A stretch of DNA of 50,028 nt from Chiloscyllium plagiosum (lineage: Eukaryota): the NCBI RefSeq assembly GCF_004010195.1, contig NC_057718.1, positions 26,425,682-26,475,709 of the forward strand. Direction: 5' to 3'. The position numbers were made by a program, and so were the translations under genes. Positions 25,541-39,772 of this stretch are shown here, piece after piece (within the stretch, counting starts at the first letter, position 1; the number at the start of each line of letters is the position of its first letter). The notes under the pieces are model-generated. The model had not been told where the DNA came from. It saw only the letters and a list, made by a program, of their open reading frames with translations, and did not search any database.

Positions 25541-27134
25541 AGTGTCTCTGAAGAGGTTGATTAGAAAATATCTTTCTAGTCACACAGCTGAGTTTAGAAG
25601 CTGAGCAGACCAATGCTTTTTCCTTCCTTTGCATTCATCATAATTGTGTTATTTTGGTTCATTTGAATGACTTAAACCCAGATGTCCTGACACAGGCACA
25701 GGGACACGACCAGTATGCACAACAGCCTGCATGATACTCTAATTGTCTATTTGATATAGACAACACTACTCCACTGCTTTTTCCATTTCTCACTGATTTC
25801 TCCATCCATTTTGTTTTAAAAATTCCCATTTTTTGCAATCAATACAACACCATTATTTTTGGGGTTTTTTTTTATTTATTGAGTTAGAAACTGGCCCAGG
25901 TCGGTTAAGCATGAAATCAGTTACCAATTTTTTTGATAATGGATTTATTGACAACATGCAACATCTGCTGTCTTCCTACCAACCCAACAGTTCAGCATCT
26001 CTTTTTCTAAGGATTCTAAGTAATTATTTAATTATTTAATGCCTTTACTTCTGCATTTTAACAACGCAATTCACATTTTCAGCATGGTAAAGGTAGGAAT
26101 GTGTTGATAATCAAACCCCACTACTCGTTGCATCATTGGTGTAAATATGTTAATTCAATTACCAAAACGGCCAATTGCTCCTCCTTAGCACCACTATAAA
26201 ATATAAAAGAAATGACTGCCAGATTTCTTTAATGAACTCAAAGTAATCTATTTATTATGAACAAGACTTACTCTTAAAACAGGCGTCAAACACTGATCAA
26301 CATCCAAGCTATGATCTAAAATTTAAAGTACATTTCCTTAATCCCACATACAGACACCCTCACACAACATGAAGTCTCTGCAGAGATTTTTTTTCATAAA
26401 TGGCAAAGGGCAAATAAGAAACAATCCCACTGGGGCAAGGGTCGAGGGACAAAGGATAAAATGCAATGATTTGTCACATTCGCAGAATTTTCAGTCGATA
26501 AAGCTGAATCTGTTGATAATTAATGATAGATGTTCATTTTTGATTCTACCCAACTTGGGTTCAACTTTCTAAGAATTTGACATAGGGCTTTGCCACGTAG
26601 ACAGAAGTATTGCTGATTTGAAAATCTAACAGGAACATTTACCAAGAAACAGGATTTCAGGAGAGGATTCACAGCTTCAAGGATGTCATCCTCTGATAGC
26701 TGGGTCTGCAGAACAAAACTTTAAGTCCAGAAAGGGTGCCTAGTCAATCATTAGCATAGGGGCAGCTATGCATCTCAAAACTGTGTTTTTTAATAATTAA
26801 TAAATCCCATCTCTTATCTCCTTAAAATCTTTGCTTAGCCATTTCTCAAGTCACTTGATTTCCAGTGTCACAAAGCTGGTCCTTTTCTCATAGCTGTTCT
26901 TTTGTCTCAAAGTTACTGTGTCCTTGATTTTTTCAGAAGGGTCGTAAAACAGTCCCGGCTCCAAAACAGCTGAGTTGGTGCAGAGATGAATGGTTTATTG
27001 AAGCCCTTTTTGTTTATTCTGAAACAGATGATACCTCAGGCCAAAGGCCTTCATGTTTTAAAAAGAACTTGTATAATGAAAGGGGAATGGCCAGTCCTGG
27101 CAGCTGAGGTTTTTTGGTTGATAAAATCCCTGGA

Positions 27135-27426
27135 AACAGGTCCTTCAGCGCAGCAAGCCCCTCCTTAAAGTAACCCACCCAGACCCATTCCCCATTATCC
27201 TATATCTACCTCTGACTAAGGCACCTAACCTACACATCCCAGAACACTATGGGCAATTTAGCATGGCCAATTCACCTAACCTGTACATCTTTGGACTGTG
27301 GGAGGAAACCCACGCTAGACATGGAGAGAATGTGCAAACTCCAAACAGACAGTCACCGGAGGCTAGAATCGAACCCGGGTCTCTGGCACTGTGAGGCAGC
27401 AGTGCTAACTACTGAGCCAACGTGCC
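27135..27426 (-). mobile_element. HE1-like SINE
   Basis: Reverse complement of the SINE body and A/B boxes. Confidence 0.85.
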
Positions 27427-28084
27427 TTCATTCAGTAGTTGTGTGTGTGAATAAAGGTCGGGTACTCTCTCTCCTTCTGCCCTTCTGATTTCGAACTGTG
27501 AGTTGCCTGTGCCATCTTTTGCTGTTGGTGCTAAAGGATGTGTGTGTTTTTGGAACAGCATCATTAAGTCGGGTTTGGATAGGATAGGTTATCAGGTATT
27601 CTATTTTCTATTCTTTGTGTTTCATATTTTGGAAATAAATTTTGTTTGTTAAAACTTAGCAGTCAATCCAGTGAATTTGCACTGGGAATATCCACTATAC
27701 ACCAAGCTAAACAAATAGCAAAGTTACAGTCTGGCCTGTCTGCTGAAAGGGGCCTGGCCTAGTCCATAAAAAATAGTCTTACGGAACACATTAAACTGTT
27801 GATGGCAGTCTCTCAGAAATCACATGGTAAAACATTATTACATGCCCAAATAGTCCAAATTCTTCTCAATTTTTCCAGAAAATTTTAAATATAAATTATT
27901 TTTTAAAAAAAACAATAACATAGACAACCCATGACAAAGTAATGAACTCTAATGTTTTGGATCCTTTGCATCCTCCTCACTAAGGTAGCTATTTACACTG
28001 CTCACCCTCCCATCTTTTTTTGAGCAGAAAGGTGAACAATTTATGCTGTTTATTTATCACAAAATATTCCAACTTTTTTGAGTT

Positions 28085-28330
28085 GATTTGATTTATTATT
28101 GTCACATATACCTATATACAGTGAAAAGTTTTGTTTTGCGTGCAGTACAGGCAGATCATACTTAATGCATAAGGGTAATAGAACACTGAGGAATACAATG
28201 TTACAGCTGCAGAGAAGGTGCACAAACAGCACTGTCAATATTACATTTGAAGTTTGAAAGGTCCGTTCAGAAGTCTAATAAAAGTAGGGAAGAAGCTGTT
28301 CTTGAATCTGTTGGTTCATGTGTGTCTAGC
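28085..28330 (-). mobile_element. LINE (L2/Rex-like) 3' end remnant
   Basis: (tgatt)n + ttattgtcacat...tacagtgaaaagt motif shared with the elements at 22500, 32165 and 32940. Confidence 0.55.
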
Positions 28331-28763
28331 TTGGACTGAATTACTGGTAAAGATGCATTTATTTTCACATGTGAATTAGAATGACACCTATGATTAACCC
28401 TATCTATACCCGTCATGATTTTATAAACCTCAACAAGGTCACCTCTCAACCTCCTCCTTTCATATGTGAAAATAAATCCATCTTTAACAGTAATTAAATC
28501 CAAGCTAAAATTCACTTTGAGATATTGAGGTGAACCTGAACTGATATTGGTGCAATGAGCTTCCAGTTTCAGATTTTCATGTGAACCAAAGGCTAGTATG
28601 CCCCTGAGTACAATTTTATAAAGATGCCTATGACTGAGGCCAAGATGTATGTTGGTGGATGCCTGTTAATTTGCTTTATTGGTCATACCATGGTCAACAA
28701 ACTGGTTTATAAAATTGGCTTTTTAATTTTGTTCTATTCTGAGAAACTATGTTTTCTTGTTAG

Positions 28764-29021
<258 letters not shown>

Positions 29022-29734
29022 TAACAATTAACTTTACACATTTATCAAAATGATCAAAAATTACAGGTATGTATAGCTTGGAAAGAGACTATTCAGCCCA
29101 TTAAGTCAGTGCCAGTGAGAGTAGCAACCCAGCCCAAACCTGTTTTCCAGCATCGGTAATGTATGTTACTGCACTTCCTCTACATATCCAAGTTCAAAAT
29201 CCCAATTATTGAACAGCCTTAAATGATACATTATTTTTAATGCTGCATTATATTTCATGCCAGGTTCTGCAAATATTAGAGAATAATGACAAATGTTTCC
29301 ACTCGTCTCAGACAGGGAACATGTTTGACTCAGCATTTGGGCTAAGTTATGTAACTCCAGTTGTCTTAATCAGGAAACAGGAGAATCACAGAAGCTAGCG
29401 TGTAAGAGTGGAGCAAATGCTAGAGAATTAGAATGCCTGGCACAGATCCATATTGTCAGAACTGTGGCACATTACTGCTGAGTTTACTGCTGAGACTCGT
29501 TAGATAAGCCTAAAGTGTTCTTCCTGATAAGAAGTGTTATTACAATTGATTTAAATGAAGCTATTACAGTTTTCAGATCTTCAGTTGATATTTTCATGGG
29601 CTTAGTGTAAGTGATCACTCCTACTTCCCCTACACTCCAGAAACACCTTCTACCACCATTATCAAGTTATACAATATAATGACACAAGGACAGTAATAAT
29701 TAGATCCTTCCATGCTTGAACTGGATAAGACCAT

Positions 29735-30870
29735 ACATCATAAGACATAGGAGCACAAATTGGCCAATTGAGTCTTCTCAGCAACTCATGGCTAATCCGA
29801 TGATCCTCAGTTCCATTTCCTGCCTTTTCCTCAAAGCATTTGATCCGCTTACTAAAGAAAAATCTGTCTATCTCACCTGGGATGTTTTAACACTCAGTCT
29901 TCACAGCCATCTACTATAAAGAACACAACAGATCCACCAGCCTCTGAGAGAAGGAACTCCTACTCATCTCTAATAGATTTTAATGGCTGACCCCTTACTC
30001 TGAAATTGTGCCATCTGGTCCAGCACTCTCCCAAAAGCAATGATTGTCTCAAGCTCGCTAAGAATCATTTTTTGTTTCAATAAGGTCTCCTCTCATTCTT
30101 CTAAAACTCCAGTGAGTACAAGGCCAACCTACTGAACCACTTAGAGTCATAGAGCATGGAACGAGACCCTTCTGTTCAAACAGTCCATGCCAAACATAAT
30201 CCCATATTAAACTAGTCCCACCTGCCTGTTCCTGGCCCAGATCCCTCCAAACCTTTCCTATTCATGTACTTATCCCGATGACTTTTAAACATTCTGATTT
30301 TACCCACATATACCACCTCCTCAGAAAGATCTTTCCATACACAAACAACCTCTTCAATAAGCAAAAACCATCCACACCCAGAATCAGTGAACTTCTCTGA
30401 ATTGCCTTCAAAGCTAGTCGATCTTTCCTTAGATAAGGGTCCAAAATTGTCTGTAGTATTCTAGCTTTGGTCTGACTTGTACAGATTTAGCGAGAATTCT
30501 TCATGTTTATATTCCATTCACTTTGAAATAAAGGCACCGTCCTGTTTGTCTTTCTTATTACACACTGAACATGCTTTTTGTGATTTATGCATGAGGACCC
30601 CAAATCTCTCCATGCTGCAGCTTTCTGCAGGCTTTCTCTATTTAAATAATATTCACCTCTTCTACACTTCCTGCTGAGGTGCATAATCTTGCATTCTTCT
30701 GCGATATATTTCATCTGCGAAGTTTTTGACTACTCACTTAACCTGCCTATATCCCTCCGAAGTTTCTTTGTTGCCAGTTGCCTTCCTCCTTATGTTTTAT
30801 CATCCTCAAACTTGGCAATAGTACATTCCCTTCTGTAATCCAAGTTAGTAATGTATAATAGCGATCCCAA
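29735..30870 (-). mobile_element. Old CR1 with a nested younger CR1 3' tail (~30143-30345)
   Basis: Reversed ORF2 remnants (PYLRKD, EECKIMH); agagtcatagag tail at 30143. Confidence 0.75.
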
Positions 30871-31834
30871 CTAATGTTATACCAGGATAAGTTAGATCCC
30901 AGATGGGAACCCAATGTTATGGTTCATGATTTTATTTACTTTGATTTTAATAAAGTCTCTCTTGCTGAAACATACACAGAATGCTGAAGATTTTGTTTTA
31001 ACAATAAAACAGATGTTTAGACAAAAAAGACAACAGAATAGAATCCAAATTATCTACTTATTTTACAAACTCAAAGGTTTTAACCACACAGAAGTATAAT
31101 CCTATTAATCCCAAAATACTCCCAAAGAAATAAAATAGCAGCCCAAGCCCCCTTCCAGCTAAAGTTCCCAAAAATGGCACTCATAAAATATTTGTAATGA
31201 TATCCCTGTATCTAACATGTTGGTAGGTTTAAGGCACTTTGGAATTTATTTGTTAAACTGGAACTGCAACAGCTTCTTCTAGATTGGGTTGGAATATCTG
31301 GTCAGCATGGACAAGTTGGACCGAAGGGTCTGTTTCCATGCTGTACATCTCTGTGACTTGACCTTCATTGAACGTAACCAATTATTTCTAGGTCTTTGTC
31401 TGATCTGAACCAACACTAACTCGTCACTCCAAGGCCCTACCCCCCCATTCTTTTTAAGAGAACTACTCTGAACAACTATCCTGTTCCAAGATCTTCACAG
31501 GACTAATACACAACCCAAATGTAAAAAATGAAACTAAAAATCTTTCATTATTGATAGTTCCCTTAACCTTAAAAAAAGATTCCAAATCCTTTGAGCCCCA
31601 ATTATTTATCCTACTTACTCAAAACAATCTAAAGTGAATGCAAGTCTTTTAGTGTACAAATCCATTCACTCTAGAGCCAAGTTTCAAAATTCTGCTTAAA
31701 ATAAATTGCCATGGTAGCAGAAATACTTGCAAATTAACATAAATGTCAGACACACAGGAAAACCTACCTGTTACACAGACAAAATCCAGACCCAAATTCA
31801 CCCCAGGTATCTCTAAAATTAATTAAAGAGCCAG

Positions 31835-32930
31835 TAGAAGGACGGGTACAACATTGGTGATGGACTGAAAGCAGAGCAACTGGCGAACAGTTATTGTTCA
31901 GACTGAATGGAGCTGTACACTAACATTTCTCAGCAGTGGGATTAGGGCCACTCCTTTTATTGATGTACATTAATGATCAATACTCAGTTAAGCAAGGCAT
32001 AATTTCAAAAATTGGTACATGTCACAGAAGTTTGAAATGTTGCCAAATCATGAGGGGTGTGGTAACAGATTTTAGGCAGACATAGAATGGAAAATAAGAA
32101 GGAATATGTGAGTTGCCAGGACTAATGGTGATATATTTTGATAAGAGAATGAGGGAAGGCAGTAGATTTAGATTTAGGTTTTATTGCCACATGTGCTCAA
32201 GTACTGGAGTACAGTGAAAGGTATACAATGTTACCATTCACAGGGCCATCTTTGGTACAAAGGGACCCAGATACAAAATCTTGGGAACAAAAATAGAAAA
32301 GAAAAGAAATAAGCTAAAATGTTTATCACTACAGTTCTTAGTATAAAGTAGAAAAATACAGAAATAAAGTTAAAAGTTAAACATTATAGTCTTTTCCTAA
32401 GCCATGGGGCCTGCAGATGCTCCACACTGCCCTTCCCACATAAGGGCATGCTCTCTTCCTGCGCTAGGCATGCTTTCACCCACAGTGGGCTAAGTTCTGC
32501 CCAGGTGCACCAGCCACTACACCACCAACTGTGACTTCACCACCGACCACCAACCAGGCTTATGCTGGGCCCCAGCCGCTGCCAGACTCTATCAATACTA
32601 CAGCCTCCATGACTGTGCTCTCTCCAGACAGTAAGTTAAAAAAGAAAGAGAAAAAAAGAGAAAAAGGACAGAAGAGGAAAAGAAAGGAGGAAAGAAAAAA
32701 AAGCAGACAAAATGGACAAGATCCAGGCTCAAGAGCCAGGACACTGCCTACTCTGCCGCCGCCACCATCTTGAACCTTCATTGAGTGTGAGCTGAATGGG
32801 ACAACTTTAAAAGGAGCATAAGAACAGAGATCTGAACTGTACACAGATCCTTGCAGGTAGCACAAAACTTATGAAGTCTTTAAAGAATTATGGAATAGTT
32901 GCTTAATTAATAGAGACATGACTCCAGGAA
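31835..32930 (+). mobile_element. Very old CR1 RT fragment split by an insertion at ~32163-32772
   Basis: LGPLLLLMYIND-like remnant near 31942; CR1-like sequence resumes after 32785. Confidence 0.55.
32163..32772 (-). mobile_element. Non-coding LINE-tail-bearing element (5' end caagatggtggcggcgg on the - strand)
   Basis: (tagatt)n tail, ttattg.cacatgt motif, purine-rich tract, ends gccgccaccatcttg. Confidence 0.55.
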
Positions 32931-32939
32931 AATGTGAAC

Positions 32940-33650
32940 AGAATAGAACAGAATGGCAATTCATTGTCACTTGTATTTATGAAAACACATGAGATGTGCC
33001 TAGGTCTTCACAATTCAGCACCATTTTAATTACAGGAATTGTAAGAAGAAATAATTGAGACAAAGTTAGGACAAAGTTCATCTTTTTGTTCCCTCTTATG
33101 GCAGTCTGGGTTTATGGAGCTGCTATGGGACTGTACCACCCTGAGGCTGCCAGTGCAAGGATTCCTGGAATGGACCCACCACACTACCACCGCCGAAATC
33201 AATATCGAAGCCACTGCATCACCGCCATAGCGACGAAGGACAGACCGGACCCATCAAGTCATCGCCCAAGACAGCCACATTGCCGCCATAGCAACAAGGA
33301 ATGAACCGAAACTCCCACGCCACCACGGCTGTAGCCATCACTGACACCGCCTCTCTACCTCCAGGAGGAATGGACCAGGCCCACCGACGATGGAGCCTTA
33401 CGTAAAGCCATAACTACTATGGCCACAAAGAGCAGATATCTTGATCCACCACACTGCCGCAGCAGGCCCTCACAACCACCTTCCTCCACACAGCCACAGA
33501 AAAGAAGAGAAGGTGAACTTCGATACAGAAGAGAAATGAAGAAACAAAACAATATAAATAAACATCAAAGAAGAATGCAGCTGGCCAGGTGAGCGGGAGC
33601 ATATGGACGCGGAGTCTGAACATTCCTACCCTACTACAGCCATCATCTTC
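32940..33650 (-). mobile_element. Related non-coding LINE-tail-bearing element with internal degenerate repeats
   Basis: (agaat)n tail, cattgtcacttgta, ends cagccatcatctt. Confidence 0.5.
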
Positions 33651-34134
33651 AGAGTGAGTCAGCCCTTTTCCAGCTGTGAAACATGAGACTATTTCCAATG
33701 CCCATTTCCTCCATATTATTGATTCAGAAGGACGTAGGGGGCTGGGGTTGGGATTTGCAAACCTTGACATAGTTTGAGAACTGTATGGAGGTGGAAGTGG
33801 GCTGGCGGTGCTGGAGATGGTGGAAATTCAAGTTTCCTATAGGTTTCACAATGGTTTCCCCAATATCAGTGGACTTCTGTGCAGAGTCACAACTCAATGT
33901 TTTCCTGACCATGAAAAGGCTGTGTGAAAATATGTTGCAAACTTGGGAAGGGAGAGGAGATCTTTTTGTTCTCAAATTCTGAAATATTTCAGATTTCCTG
34001 ACCCCATTTTTGCCTCTGCTCTGGCCATGAATATAAGCGACACAGAACATAAAAGTAAGATATGCCAAGATCCTAAAATGAACCAGATAGCACTTAGTTG
34101 GAGTATTGTTTTTCATTGTGGGACCAACATTTTA

Positions 34135-34490
34135 GGAAGAAGGCAAAACCTTAGAGAGAGTGCACGGAAGATTTACTAGAATGGAGCTAAGGATTTTGTC
34201 CAAAATTATAAATTATTCAAATTATGGTTTTGATAAAGTTGATTGAAGGGTTATACGAGTTTTGAGGACAGTTACTTTCATCCAGAGGGTGGCACAAGTT
34301 TGGGACAACTGTAGGAAAGATTGGCAGAGGCAGAAACCCTCACTGCATTTAGCAAGATTCATGGATATGTTCCATAATCTACAGAGCTACAAGCCAAGAA
34401 CTGAAAAATAGAGTTAGGCTGTAAAATTCACTTTAGGCTGGCACATACATGATGAGCTGAATGGTCTTCTGATTTGTAAATTGCTTCATT
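34135..34490 (+). mobile_element. Old CR1 3' remnant ending ~40 bp before the exon acceptor
   Basis: agatttactagaatg, ttcatccagagggtgg, gatgagctgaatggtcttct. Confidence 0.6.
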
Positions 34491-34493
34491 TAA

Positions 34494-34691
<198 letters not shown>

Positions 34692-34704
34692 TAAATAGCT
34701 TCTT

Positions 34705-34806
34705 TTGGCATTCTAAAGAATTCACTGTGCCTTCTAGCTTTGTATCAACTGCAAATTGGCATTCTAAAGAATTCACTGTGCCTTCTATTTTTGTATCAAA
34801 TGCAAA
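34705..34806. repeat. 51-bp tandem duplication of a - strand CR1 RT motif
   Basis: ttggcattctaaagaattcactgtgccttcta...tgcaaa twice with 3 mismatches; the - strand reads FAVDTKLEGTVNSLECQ. Confidence 0.9.
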
Positions 34807-36744
34807 TTTTGTTACCATTGTCCTATGGTGTATATTTCAGAAGGGAATTTATATTAATGACTCGAGTGCTACAATCTGAAGCGATAGGGGAGCCATCTCT
34901 TTTAAAAAAAAACCAAAGAAATCAAGTGTATAATTATTTTCATTTTTTCAAAAAAGACAAGCATTGAACAGAGATGGGTATATCCTCATTTACCTTTTGA
35001 CTTTCTCGCACATTGGCCTCAGCATGTCATCTAATCAAGAGTAAAATTATAATTTAATCACCAATATAAAAGTGAATTCCATTTTTCTCTTTACAGTTAA
35101 TCCAAGTACTTGAGTATTTTCAACATTCCACTAAGGTCTTGGCTTCCGGATGAAATCAGACACAAAGACTAGAGTTTGGATTTTCATTTTCTTTAGATTT
35201 GTCTTTGCTTTATATTTCACAGACATTGACAACAAGTCACAATGTAATTCAAGTGGTCGTTTTTCATGAACAAACAATGGAAGGCAACATCTTTGTGCTC
35301 AATCCTGTCCCCACTCAGTGTTCCCATAGATTCACTTTCCAGCAAGAATTAAAATTTGAAGGGATAAATGTCTGTTTTCCTTTTTTTTTGCTTCCTTTCA
35401 TGCAAGCCCCAAAAATGTTTGTTTTCCTGGACCTCAGGCTCAGTTGAAGAAGTGTTTCACTTGTTATCAGAAGACTTGCTGAAATGTTCTTATATTGTGA
35501 AAATAATGTGACCTTGCAAAGCAATCACACTATAAAATTCCTTAATTTATGAAGCCTTAAATCCTTCAGCCCTTAGCCTTATTGATCTCCTTATAATTAC
35601 TTCAAGCAGATTGCTGACACATTGGCGTTATATCCCATTTCACCAATTCACATCCAATTTAAAATGTCACAAACAGTCTCTCTACAAAACACTCTTCAGA
35701 TATTATCTTTGATATGCCATTAACACTTGAAATCACAGGCAATTTAACTAAAACAACCGCAGCATAATATTTGTGTTTTATTGCCTCAAATACAATTTGT
35801 AGATGTTACTTAAGATGACTTAGAGTAATGTGTAATCTGTGTAACTAATCAGCTCTAAGTCAATGGCCTCAGTATAAACTCAGTTCTGTCTTTCATTCAG
35901 TGAACGACTGCAGTGTACCATTGACATGACAAATTAGGACAATGAACTCTGAACTCAGTGACCTGGATGTAAATTGGAGAATCTGCTGACATTTCAGCAC
36001 TGCTTTCCCACAATGGAGAGTTCCTCATTGCAACCGGCCACAGTGTAAGGCAGATGCTGAGTGATTAGTTGCTGGAAGGATGAGTGAATAAAGATAAGAT
36101 CATATGGTCACAAAGCAGCACCAGAAAAGGTTGTGGAATTGTTGAGATTCTAATTGAATCTTGGAAAGTAGGGACATTAGGGCCAGCAAGTACACACATA
36201 CCTTTTCTTTTGCTCAAGTTCACCGCCTCACTTCCTCACCATATCCCTCAGTGACTTCATTTTTCAATAGCCTCTTGTATCCACTTATACTATTTGTTTT
36301 GATGGCTTATGCTGATAACTTTTATTCCACAAACTCAGAATTTTCAATGCAAAATTTGTTAATCTTGGTTTTCTTTCTTATTCCTGACTTACTAATTTAT
36401 ATCTTGTGTTTTTTGGATTAATGTACAAAGTTATGAAGAAATTAAAACTGTCAGGAGAAAACAAAGAGACTACAAACATATAGACAGTTTATGCAAATAG
36501 GGAACAGGCTGGCAGACTGAGTTTAAGTAGAAAGTATGAGCTTATTCACTTTGGTGATAAGAATGGAAAAGCAGAATGTGTTCTAAAAGAAATGGAACTC
36601 TTAATTGTTGATGTGCAAAATTATTTTCCTTTTATTTGTAGAAAGAACAGAGAGTAGAAGCAGTTTGGGGTCAGGATTAGAGATGGATACATCAAAATTA
36701 TCATAACTATCTATGAATTCAGCACCAGAATCTTGATTATAAGT

Positions 36745-38350
36745 CATTGTGGAGTACTTGAAAGTGCAGGGTAAAATAGGGTTCAGTCAGCACAGCTTCA
36801 TCAAGGGGAGGTCATGCCTGACAAATCTGTTAGGATTCTTTAAGGAGGTAACAAGCAATTTAGACAAAGTAGAGCCAGTAGACGTGATCTATTTGGATTT
36901 CCAGAAGGCTTTTAACAAGGTGCTGTTCAGGAAGCAGATAAATAAGAATAGAGGTTTAACTGACTGGCAGAAGGCAGAGAATGGGGATAAAGGGCTCTTT
37001 ATCGGGATGGCGGCTGACAGCTAGTCGAGTTCCCCAGGGATCAGCGTTGGGATCACAACTAATTAGGTCATAAATAAATGATCTGGACAAAGGCATTATC
37101 ACTAAGTTTGCAAATGACACAAAAATAGGTGGAGGAACACATAATATTGGGGGAGTAGGTAGGCTGCAGAAGAACTTGAACAGGCTAGGAGAATGGACGA
37201 TAAACTGGCAGGTGGAAATCAATGTGGAAAAATGTGAGATTATGCACTTTAAGTAGAAGAATAAGGGCATAGACTATTTTCAAAATGGGGAAAGGTTTCG
37301 GAAATGGGGAAAGGCTTAGGGTTGCACAGTGGCATAACGGTCAGGGACCCAGGTTCCATTCTAGCTTTGGGTGTCTGTCTGTGTGAAGTTTATATATTCT
37401 CCCCATGTCTGTGCGGGTTTCCTCCGACTGCTCCAGTTTCCTCCCACAGTGCCAAGATATGCAGATTAGGTGATTGGTTGTGGTAAATTGCCCAGTAGAA
37501 TACAGGAGTATGCAAGCTAGATAAATTAGCTAAGGTAGGGATAAAATGGGTGGGATGCTCTTCAGAGTATTGGTACAGACTCAATGGGTCAAATGGCCTC
37601 CTGCTACACTGGAGGGATTCTATGATTCTATGAAATTTGAAGCACAAAGGGACTTGGGAGTCCAAGTTCAGTATTCGCTTAAGGTTAACATGCAGTTTCA
37701 GTTGGCAATTAGGAAGACAAATACAATGATAGCATTCATTTCAAGGGGGCTAGAATACAAGAGCAGAGATGCACTGCTGAGGTTGATTAAAGCTCTAGTC
37801 AGACCGCATTCAGAATATTATGAACAGTTATGGGCTCCATATCCAAGGAACAGTGTGTTGGTATTGGACAGGTCCAGAGGAGATCTACAAGAATGATCCT
37901 GGAGATGAAGGGCTTGCCATATGAGGAGTAGTTGAAGACTCTGGGCCTGTACTTGTTGAAGTTTAGAAGGATGGGGGGACCTGATTGGAATTTACAGGAT
38001 ACACAGAGGCCTAGATACAGTGGACATGGAGAAGATGTTTCATTAGTAGGCGAGACTAGGATCAGAGGGCACAGCCTCAGAGAAAAAGAACAAATCTTTA
38101 GAACTGAGGTGAGGAGGAATTTCTTCAACCAGAAGGTGGTTAATCTGTGGAACACATTGCCACAAAGGGCTGTGGAGGTCAAGTCATTGAGTGTATTTAA
38201 GTCAGAGATAGATAGGTCCTTGATTGGTAAGGGGTTCAAGGGTTCCAGGAAGAAGGTAGGAGAATGGGGCTGAGAAAAATATCAAATGGTGGAGCAGAAT
38301 TGATGAGCTGACTGGCCTAATTCTGCATCTATATTTTGTGATCTTCTGGT
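36745..38350 (+). mobile_element. CR1 LINE (RT to 3' end) containing a nested SINE
   Basis: [46 protein letters not shown]. Confidence 0.9.
37318..37632 (+). mobile_element. HE1-related SINE nested in CR1
   Basis: SINE body and (gattctat)n tail. Confidence 0.78.
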
Positions 38351-38354
38351 CATA

Positions 38355-38860
38355 CCTGAGGAGGATGTACTTGCCTTGGAGATCGTACAGCAAAGGTTTG
38401 CTCGATTGCCTTCTGAGGTGAAAGGGTTGACCAATGATGAAAGGCTAAATACTTGGATTTATATTCCCTGGAGTTTAGAAGATGAGAGTTGATATAATTG
38501 AAACATGTAGTTTCTGGACGGGCGTCCCAAGATAGATACTGAGAGGTTATTCCTCCCAGATTCTAAAACAAAGAGCATAAATGAACTAATTGTTTAGGGC
38601 TGAGAAGAAATGAAGTTTCTTCAGTTAGTGCATTGTGAATCTTCAGAGTAGTCCATGTCAGAAGATTGTGGATGCCCCATTGTTGAGTATATTTAAGCCT
38701 GATTTTTTTTGGATTTTTTTGATCTGGCAGCAAACCAATGAGTATGGGGCAGTAGGCAGGAAAATGGAGTTGAGGTGATAGGTCAATCATAATCATATTG
38801 AATGGTACAGCAAGTTTGAGGGGATATGTGGTCTACTCCTGCTCGCATTACTTTTATTCT
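38355..38860 (+). mobile_element. Old CR1 3' end
   Basis: catacctgaggaggatgtacttgccttggag...3' UTR. Confidence 0.7.
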
Positions 38861-39289
38861 TTGGTATTAGAACGCTTCACCATCATAAAGAATTTGTATT
38901 GAAATGTTTTGTCAATCACTTGATTCAAAGAAAACAATTAAAAATATAAATGGCACCAAATGCTGGCCAGCTGAAAAAAAAAATCAAAATTCCACGACTT
39001 GAGAATAAATCAATTATCAACTCACCTTTATTTTTCAATATACATTTTTTCAAAATATTCATAATTCACTGTTTTGCAATGATTTGAGGCTTTGCTGATT
39101 TGGAATAGACATGATTCCATGCAAAAAGTGCATCATGGACAGTGATTTACAGTGACTGAATAATCAAGGTTATTATTTAAAATAAAATCATTAAACACAG
39201 GTGCTATGGGATTGAATTCCACAATCCCAGAGACAAGTCACAGACTAGTGGCTACAAGACCAGGTCAGAGACTAAGAATTTTGCACTGA

Positions 39290-39772
39290 GTAATTCATCT
39301 CCTGACCTCTGCGGCAGACAAAACACGAGTCAGCAGAGTGATGAAGTGTTCGCCAATTGCCAGGATGGGTGGCGCTCCAAAACTCAAGAGGTTCCACACC
39401 ATCCAGGCAAAAGTAGTCTGCTTAATGGGCACCTCCCCAACCATGTTAAACGTTTATTCCCTCCACCACCCAGTGCACAGTGCCTGTGGTGTATATGAAG
39501 GTGCACTGCAGCACTAGCCAAGGCTTCTCTGCCAGCTTCGTTCTAACCCATGACCATAACTGCACTAGAGGAACCATGGCAGCAAATGGGAACAACATCA
39601 CCCACAAGGACCCCTCTAAGTCATGTGTCATCTTAGTTTGGAAATATAACACCATTCCTTCACTGACACCAGGTCAAAAACTCCTCAACACTACAGATTC
39701 CAGAAGGTGTCTTATCACCACCTTCTCAAGACAATTAGGGATCAACCCCAGCAATGCCCACAAACCATGAAT
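39290..39772 (+). mobile_element. CR1/L2-clade 3' fragment, same family as 5680-7160
   Basis: Shared ttccctccaccac...atcaccaccttctcaag...caatgcccac. Confidence 0.7.
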
